DNA of 41,261 nucleotides from a virus: the IMG/VR virus record IMGVR_UViG_3300045988_167023; one strand, given 5' to 3'. The position numbers were made by a program, and so were the translations under genes. Below the pieces are notes generated by a model. It made no database searches, was not told the DNA's origin, and saw only the letters and a list, made by a program, of their open reading frames with translations. Shown here one piece after another: positions 35,753 to 41,261 of this stretch. The stretch's first letter is position 1. Every line of letters starts with the position of its first letter.

Positions 35753-36112
35753 TTATTTGATCCGTTTCAGATTTTCCCTCAACCGATCCAACTCGCTGGC
35801 AGGGGCTTGTTCTGCCTGCGGGTTAAACTCTTTTGTATCATAAACACTTTCGGCCGTGTTTATGCCTTTCAACAAATCATCTTTATTGCAGCCAAGTTTT
35901 TGGATTGCCCAACCCGCCAAAGGGTGATTTAATAACGATTTGGCTTTTTCAAAACTGGCTCGGTCAATACCTGCTTTTTGAAAAACCTCTTGCGGATTAT
36001 TTGAACCCTGCAAAATGTTCGTCGCAACATCATACGCCCGGCTTAACATCTGGGCTTTTTCGGGTTTTAAAAAGCGGCTCGCTACGTTCAGTATTAGCTG
36101 TTTGTTTAGCAT
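35753..36112 (-). CDS. Hypothetical protein.
   Basis: RBS GGAGGA upstream; overlaps the upstream ORF by 83 nt in another frame. Confidence 0.4.
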   Translation of the reverse strand: MLNKQLILNVASRFLKPEKAQMLSRAYDVATNILQGSNNPQEVFQKAGIDRASFEKAKSLLNHPLAGWAIQKLGCNKDDLLKGINTAESVYDTKEFNPQAEQAPASELDRLRENLKRIK

Positions 36113-36440
36113 TGCTTTCTTTTTCCTCCAATTTTACGACTTTATCATTTAAGGCAGCCAAAGCGTTTGACATCTCCAACATCATCGCTTGGGTGTCTTT
36201 TAAAACTTTTTGCGTTTCTTTGCTCATTTCTTCCGGCGTTTTAGGCTTTTCCAAAATGCCCTTATCATAAAGGATTTGCTCGTAATCCTTAGCCGTGTCT
36301 ATGGCTTTTTTGTATTCTTCATTCGTAACGCCGATTTGCTGATTAAAAGAATTATAAATTTTTCCGTTGCTCACAAAGCCGATAAAATTACTTTGTGTTG
36401 CGTTAATTTCCCGGTAATTAAAATTATTAAAATCTGTCAT
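36030..36440 (-). CDS. Hypothetical coiled-coil protein.
   Basis: Start at MTDFNNF after RBS AAGGGA; the track ORF starts at 36512. Confidence 0.4.
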   Translation of the reverse strand: MTDFNNFNYREINATQSNFIGFVSNGKIYNSFNQQIGVTNEEYKKAIDTAKDYEQILYDKGILEKPKTPEEMSKETQKVLKDTQAMMLEMSNALAALNDKVVKLEEKESNAKQTANTERSEPLFKTRKSPDVKPGV

Positions 36441-36495
36441 CGCTTGCCGTCCCTTTTTCAACAATATATTGCAAGAGGGCAAGCTGTAGTGTAGT

Positions 36496-36535
36496 AAAAT
36501 AAAACATCGCAATCCCTCGCTTGGATTACGATGTT
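36496..36535 (-). terminator. Rho-independent terminator after the HTH/membrane gene pair.
   Basis: 13-bp stem aacatcgcaatcc/ggattacgatgtt (one mismatch), followed on the minus strand by TTTTATTTT. Confidence 0.6.
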
Positions 36536-36584
36536 AGCAGATGTAAAACATTAGATACGCAAAAGTTGCGCGAAAATTAGGCAA

Positions 36585-36908
36585 TTAATCAGGTATGCTT
36601 TTAATGCTTTCCTCAATCAAGCCGACAGCAATCGCGTTAATTTTTTCAGAATTAGAATCAATTCGGCCGTCTAAAATCAGAAAGCCCGCGCACGCCAAAA
36701 ACAGAACCGTCAAAAACGAAATAAGCCAGGTATACACCAAAACCTTAGCGTCCATGTGGACAATATTGACGTTTCGCGAATTTTTGATTTGCGCATTGCC
36801 GCAACTACTGTTAGTGTCACTGTTAGTGTCTTTGCTGTAATGCTTACTCGTCGACGAGTTGCCGGAATTAAACCGATTCCCCGTCAAATTACTGTTCTCG
36901 TTTTTCAT
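36585..36908 (-). CDS. Single-pass membrane protein with a Ser/Asn/Thr-rich cytoplasmic N-terminus (anti-sigma-like topology).
   Basis: TM VLVYTWLISFLTVLFLACAGFLIL at aa 56..80. Overlaps the upstream HTH gene by 20 nt. Confidence 0.45.
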   Translation of the reverse strand: MKNENSNLTGNRFNSGNSSTSKHYSKDTNSDTNSSCGNAQIKNSRNVNIVHMDAKVLVYTWLISFLTVLFLACAGFLILDGRIDSNSEKINAIAVGLIEESIKSIPD

Positions 36909-37140
36909 TTTTAAAATCCCTAATCTTGTTTAAGACGTTCATAAAAATAGTGGTAACACTGCGCGGGCATTTTCCCACCTTTTCACTCACGCCGTCGTTG
37001 TAATAATTCAGGCGCAAAAGAAATATGTTCAGCTCTTCATCGGTTAAATCAATGTCTGGAGATTTAAGAAGTTCAATAATTTTGCACTTGCGCATTTTTT
37101 TGAACTCGTTTGTTATATCCGATGTTTTACTACGTGGCAT
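36889..37140 (-). CDS. 83-aa GerE/LuxR-type or sigma-70 region-4-like HTH regulator; candidate late-gene activator.
   Basis: LTDEELNIFLLRLNYYNDGVSEKVGKCPRSVTTIFMNVLNKIR aligns with the region-4 / LuxR HTH consensus. -10-like TATAAT and RBS AAGGT lie upstream. Confidence 0.5.
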   Translation of the reverse strand: MPRSKTSDITNEFKKMRKCKIIELLKSPDIDLTDEELNIFLLRLNYYNDGVSEKVGKCPRSVTTIFMNVLNKIRDFKNEKREQ

Positions 37141-37315
37141 ATTTTTACCTTAAATTATATGACAAATGAATTTTAAAACCTTTATTTGTTAAAAGTCAAT
37201 CTATAAAAAAATAACAGTCGCATAACGTCTATTATGAATAATAAGTTACAGGTAGTTTCAAGCTTGCCATCAAGCCCGAATGCAGATACATTCTACTTTA
37301 TCCCGGAGGATTAAA

Positions 37316-38602
37316 ATGACAGTTCACATCGGGAGCAAAATTTATACGGAGTATAAAAAATATACGTATGCCAGCTGGACAATGCCTAATTTGACCCAAA
37401 ACGGCACCGTTGGCAGTTCTTCATACGCTGCTCGTGCCAGTTCTGAATATTCTGGCCATAATGCGTGGAAAGCCTTTAACGGGACAAATACAAGTCAAGA
37501 TGATTGCTGGGAAGCTAATACGAGAGACACGCAACAATGGCTTGAATTTTATTCGCCGGATACGTTAGAGCTTAATACCATTAAATTTACGAATAGAAGA
37601 CAACAATACGTTACCGTTTTTAATCCTATTCTTGTTACTGGGTCAATAGACGGGGGAAACTATTTTGAAATAGGACGTATAACGCCCCCGTCGGCTACTC
37701 AAGACGCACAATATACATTAACGGTTAGCAGCCCCAAAAATAAGCATTGCAAATACATAAGGTTTCAAACCACAAGCAACGGCACCCTTTTGGGCGACGG
37801 CTCAGCCAGACCAAATTTTGGCCGAATTGAATTTACCGGGCAAAAGGTTACAGGATCAACAAACGGCTCTGCGTCTGATTATGATTATTCAGTTTTTCAC
37901 GACGGAAAAATTGAGGACATTTATTTTGGAAAAACTAAAATCGGAAAGATTTATAAAGGCTCAACTCTTGTTTATGCCTCAACCGTTCCAGATACGGACT
38001 TTTTAAAACAGCCTGATTTTTCTACGGCTGAAAGCATACAAGACGGCATTGCGTCAAGCTTTACTCTGGGCGACGGTTACCTATGCCTTTATAATAACCG
38101 TACCAGCCAAGCAATTAAAACTTGTGATATTTGCCCGGACAGTAATTTTAACGAAAGTAACACAATTCGCATTATGTATATGGAACATTTGCCCGGCATA
38201 TCGAATCCGTGCGGCGGTAGTATTTTCCCGATTCCAAAAGGCTGGTGGTGGAAAACTACAAATATGGCCACCGGATTTAGCTGCTATGCTAAAACAGCAC
38301 CGGGCGGAAGAATACCATATAAAAACCGTTTTAAATTAACCCGATTACCTGATTATACGACCGGATTTTCCATTGACCAAAACGAAATTATTTATGCTAC
38401 AAAAGATCAATGGCTAAATAGTTACGGTCGTAATAGAAAAATCGAAATTGCTACAAAATCGGATATGTCCGACGCTGTAACAATCGCCGAGGGTGTGTCT
38501 TCTGCAACGCAAGAGCCATCAACGCAAGTGTTTATTGAAGAGGGCTTATATTTTAGAACGAGCGGCACAAACAACATTAGATTTTTATGCAAGGGGGTTT
38601 AA
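37316..38602 (+). CDS. Discoidin (F5/8 type C)-like domain protein; putative carbohydrate-binding or receptor-binding accessory protein.
   Basis: RBS GGAGGA before the ATG at 37316; the track ORF starts at 37280. AWKAFNGTNTSQDDCWEANT resembles the discoidin AFDG...W motif. C-terminus ...FLCKGV. Confidence 0.45.
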   Translation: MTVHIGSKIYTEYKKYTYASWTMPNLTQNGTVGSSSYAARASSEYSGHNAWKAFNGTNTSQDDCWEANTRDTQQWLEFYSPDTLELNTIKFTNRRQQYVTVFNPILVTGSIDGGNYFEIGRITPPSATQDAQYTLTVSSPKNKHCKYIRFQTTSNGTLLGDGSARPNFGRIEFTGQKVTGSTNGSASDYDYSVFHDGKIEDIYFGKTKIGKIYKGSTLVYASTVPDTDFLKQPDFSTAESIQDGIASSFTLGDGYLCLYNNRTSQAIKTCDICPDSNFNESNTIRIMYMEHLPGISNPCGGSIFPIPKGWWWKTTNMATGFSCYAKTAPGGRIPYKNRFKLTRLPDYTTGFSIDQNEIIYATKDQWLNSYGRNRKIEIATKSDMSDAVTIAEGVSSATQEPSTQVFIEEGLYFRTSGTNNIRFLCKGV

Positions 38603-38604
38603 TT

Positions 38605-38883
38605 ATGCCAAGTATTGATAATTATTGTTTAAAGCCTGATTATTTTACAGGAGTTAGCCAGGGAAACGGTGATAATGTAGATACGGCAAATGACCGTTGG
38701 TTAAATAAAAATCGTGCAAGTCACGTTAAATATGGCGATTTATATTTATACGCGTCTTCATTGCAGGTTAATCGTGATAGTTCACACGGTAGTTTTATGG
38801 GCTATCAAGCTAAAAATATAACGTTTAATTTAGCGCACGCAGATTATGGAAACGCAATAACATTTCAATGTAAAGGAGTTTAA
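38605..38883 (+). CDS. Small protein whose C-terminus (FQCKGV) resembles that of the upstream protein.
   Basis: RBS AGGGGG before the ATG at 38605. Confidence 0.4.
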   Translation: MPSIDNYCLKPDYFTGVSQGNGDNVDTANDRWLNKNRASHVKYGDLYLYASSLQVNRDSSHGSFMGYQAKNITFNLAHADYGNAITFQCKGV

Positions 38884-38886
38884 AAT

Positions 38887-39279
38887 ATGCAGTTGTTTTA
38901 TAAAATCACAAATGAAGAAAAAAACGAAGTTCAAGTATATTTTGGCGGCCGCGAAGATTTTGCAGCTGAAAACGGATTTATTCCCGGCGATGTTGAACAG
39001 TGCAGGACTTCGGGCCGGTGGTATTTAAAGGGCAAAATGCCGGCAGAAGAAAAGGCAGCAGATTTACGCGAAACAAGAGATTTTATGTTGTCAAGCCTTG
39101 ACTGGCGTTTTGACCGTTACCGGGAACAAAAAATACTTGGAATTGAAACTACCGATTCGGAGCAGGATTTTATTGACCTTTTGCAATATAAACAGTATTT
39201 GCGGGATATTACAAAAGATCCTGCTTTCCCGGATATTCAGATTAAAACTTTTGAAGAGTTTAAAACGAATAAGGGATAA
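38887..39279 (+). CDS. Hypothetical protein; possible fiber assembly or chaperone-like protein.
   Basis: 130 aa. Its 3' end overlaps the convergent minus-strand gene by 20 nt. Confidence 0.35.
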   Translation: MQLFYKITNEEKNEVQVYFGGREDFAAENGFIPGDVEQCRTSGRWYLKGKMPAEEKAADLRETRDFMLSSLDWRFDRYREQKILGIETTDSEQDFIDLLQYKQYLRDITKDPAFPDIQIKTFEEFKTNKG

Positions 39280-39511
39280 AATATTTTTCGCCAAAAGTTA
39301 TTTCTGCTTTTTGACCGGCTCCGATAGGAACAATTATTGAAGTTTTATCTTGCGAATCGTAGAAAAAACTTCTTGCAACTTCTACCCCGTCAATAGTTAC
39401 AGTATAAGTCCCTTTGCCGGTATTTATAACAGATAATATACCGGCAGAGGGAGCCGTAAAAGAATTTTCTATTGTCTGTTTTTTAGCCACATCAAGCTTA
39501 AAACTATTCAT
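39260..39511 (-). CDS. Small protein downstream of the tail fiber (XkdW/X position).
   Basis: 83 aa; last gene of the late operon. Confidence 0.4.
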   Translation of the reverse strand: MNSFKLDVAKKQTIENSFTAPSAGILSVINTGKGTYTVTIDGVEVARSFFYDSQDKTSIIVPIGAGQKAEITFGEKYFIPYSF

Positions 39512-39536
39512 AATAGACGTTATCAGACGCTAGGAT

Positions 39537-40829
39537 TTATGCCGTACGTTTCCAAATATTAACTGTTAAAGCCGTCCTTGTAACAGTGCCGACAATACCG
39601 GAAGCGGCTGAATCAGTTGTTAAGCCAACACCTTTACCGGGGTTAGTAGTTGATCCGTTTTGTACGGTACCTACATCAACATTGTATAAATTATCGAAAA
39701 ATGAGGATTGCCCTAAATTTCCGTTATTCATAGCCAAACCTCGTTTATATTCTCCGTTCGTAAATCCCATTGTTTTTCCGTTTCCTTTGACTGGGACACT
39801 TGTGTTAACGGAAGTAATCAGCGACGAGCCTACTTTTTCCCACGTAGAGCCGTCAATAATAGCAGCAAGGGGGCAAGTGCTTTGCGTTCCAAAATAGAGG
39901 CTGCCAACCGGATAAACCGTCCCCATAATAGACGTTATGCGGCTGTTCACCCATTGAGTGTTAGAAATCTTTGTTGAATTGTCATCAGCTCTGGGCGGTG
40001 TTGGACAAGTTGCATATACTTCGCCGTTTTCATTAACTACAACTTTTATATATGATGTTTTTGTAGTCCCACTAATTTTAGAATTCGTATAAATTGATGT
40101 TTCTAAATACCCTGTCGTGGCAAATTCATTTCTAATCTCGCCAGTAAACAAACCGTTTTTATCTAAAAAAAATAACGTGCTGCTAGTACGGGCAGATGGT
40201 TTATTGCTAATATCTGCAAGAGTGTTTTTAAGCCCAAACTTAGGATTATTTGATTGCCCGGTTTTAACTCCGCTAAAAATTTCATCTCCAGAGCGGTGCA
40301 AAAGGTTAAAATTTTGTGACGGGTCAGCAGCTCGTCCTGCGGTCATAATTGCTTGGTTGCTTGTGCTGGTAGACGCGGCAGGGTGCGGGGCAGTTGCCAA
40401 TATACCGTTATTATCATCTCTGTTTAACTGAATTGAACCGAGGATACTGGCGCCGTCTTTGGACGCAACATACATCTGCATATTATCAGAGTTGCCCTCT
40501 CTAATATTTCGCAAACCGCCAAGCCTAGCTGAACCGTCAGAAGTATATTGAATTTCTGTATATGTGCCGCCTGCTTTTCCCAACTTTATCGGTGAAGCGC
40601 CTTTAAAAACTTTTGTCCCCGTAATTGTTTGATTTGAATCTTTATCAACGGCGTTAGCGATTCCGTTTTCGATTTTATTCATATTTTCGGCATTGACCGG
40701 CGTTCCGAGTTCGGTAACAGTGCCGAACGCGTCCATTAATGTTACTGTACTGTCTCCGTTATCTCTAACCGAATATGTACGCGGATTTTCAACGTTTTGA
40801 TCTTTCCACTCTGTTTTTGTGTATGCCAT
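39537..40829 (-). CDS. Tail fiber protein.
   Basis: 430 aa. N-terminus MAYTKTEWKDQ...NAENMNKIENGIANA is the conserved fiber anchor motif of Firmicute phages; the rest is Gly/Ser/Thr/Asn-rich. Confidence 0.7.
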   Translation of the reverse strand: MAYTKTEWKDQNVENPRTYSVRDNGDSTVTLMDAFGTVTELGTPVNAENMNKIENGIANAVDKDSNQTITGTKVFKGASPIKLGKAGGTYTEIQYTSDGSARLGGLRNIREGNSDNMQMYVASKDGASILGSIQLNRDDNNGILATAPHPAASTSTSNQAIMTAGRAADPSQNFNLLHRSGDEIFSGVKTGQSNNPKFGLKNTLADISNKPSARTSSTLFFLDKNGLFTGEIRNEFATTGYLETSIYTNSKISGTTKTSYIKVVVNENGEVYATCPTPPRADDNSTKISNTQWVNSRITSIMGTVYPVGSLYFGTQSTCPLAAIIDGSTWEKVGSSLITSVNTSVPVKGNGKTMGFTNGEYKRGLAMNNGNLGQSSFFDNLYNVDVGTVQNGSTTNPGKGVGLTTDSAASGIVGTVTRTALTVNIWKRTA

Positions 40830-40833
40830 TGTC

Positions 40834-41145
40834 TTACTCCAAAATTTCTTTATTCGAAAGGACGTTTAACCGATATAAATACGTTGCCTGCTGCACATTA
40901 TAACTTAAATTCGGTAAATCCTGCGCAAGCAAAACCCCGCTGCTGTCATAGATTTTTATGCCGTTCAAAATATCGCTTGAACTCGTAAAAGACACATCAA
41001 CGTATATGTCAACCATATAATTATTGAATACCTGTTTATTTTTTATGACAGCTTCCCGCTCCTGGTCGTTTACGATAAGTTTAACCCCGGATATTTTATT
41101 TAACATAAAATCAGCAATTGATTTTTGAAATGTCTTTGTAATCAT
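40834..41145 (-). CDS. Small tail protein between the DUF2313 and fiber genes.
   Basis: ATGA overlap with the stop of the wrap-around DUF2313 gene. Confidence 0.4.
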   Translation of the reverse strand: MITKTFQKSIADFMLNKISGVKLIVNDQEREAVIKNKQVFNNYMVDIYVDVSFTSSSDILNGIKIYDSSGVLLAQDLPNLSYNVQQATYLYRLNVLSNKEILE

Positions 41146-41261
41146 ATCGGATCAGTTCCCCCGTAAAACGTGCCGCAACGCCGGATAAGGTAGGAAATAA
41201 TTATTGTTTTATCATCAATAATAACGTCCGTGCTGTCCAGCAAAAGGCTGCACAAAAAAGC
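41143..41261. repeat. Terminal direct repeat, copy B, identical to 1..119.
   Basis: Exact match to 1..119 read directly from the sequence. The unique unit length is 41142 bp. Confidence 0.9.

Noticed and set aside
36030-36112. 83-nt overlap of two minus-strand ORFs as a second programmed frameshift
   Set aside because: There is no slippery heptamer. The downstream ORF has its own GGAGGA RBS and ATG, so ordinary overlapping genes are more likely.
1-41261. CRISPR array, tRNA/tmRNA, reverse transcriptase (retron or DGR), serine invertase
   Set aside because: There are no spaced repeat arrays and no tRNA-like cloverleaf in any intergenic gap. No ORF has YxDD or recombinase motifs. The direct repeats found are iterons, A-tracts or coding repeats.

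Overview
The window appears to be a complete, circularly permuted tailed-phage genome of about 41.14 kb. Nucleotides 1..119 are repeated at 41143..41261, and the minus-strand late operon runs across that junction. I could not run any searches, so all protein identifications rest on motifs I recognise by eye.

Minus strand, late genes (15479 down through 1, continuing at 41142 down to 39260): small terminase (TTG start), PBSX-type large terminase, portal, Mu-F/SPP1-gp7 head morphogenesis protein, scaffold, major capsid, a collagen-like head-module protein, gp6-like and HK97-gp10-like connectors, a PBSX/XkdK-M-like contractile tail (sheath, tube, chaperone with a -1 frameshift extension, tape measure, LysM protein, XkdQ/R/S-like proteins, baseplate J, DUF2313) and a tail fiber.

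Minus strand 15622..21447: a ParB-domain DNA methyltransferase carrying an (ATG)8 poly-Met tract, a replisome-organizer-like gene with 11-bp-phased iterons inside it, an HTH protein, VRR-NUC nuclease, an acidic-tail protein and an SF2 DExH helicase.

Plus strand 21630..31490: two early operons with homologous A-tract promoters. They encode a Cas4-like nuclease, RecT, an SbcC/Rad50-like ATPase, an HTH protein, an NPPY methyltransferase, an ASCH protein, zinc-ribbon proteins and many small ORFs of unknown function.

Minus strand 31588..37140: RNase H, then a lysis cassette (overlapping i- and o-spanins, a Trp-rich membrane protein, GH24 lysozyme, holin), unknown accessory genes, and a GerE/sigma-region-4-like HTH gene paired with a membrane-protein gene. 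The spanins and a lysozyme without a wall-binding domain point to a host with an outer membrane. Together with the Firmicute-type tail this suggests a Negativicutes-like host, but that is inference.

A plus-strand three-gene cassette (37316..39279) with a discoidin-like protein is inverted inside the late region. I recognised no integrase, CI-type repressor, tRNA, CRISPR array or reverse transcriptase. GC content is about 40%.
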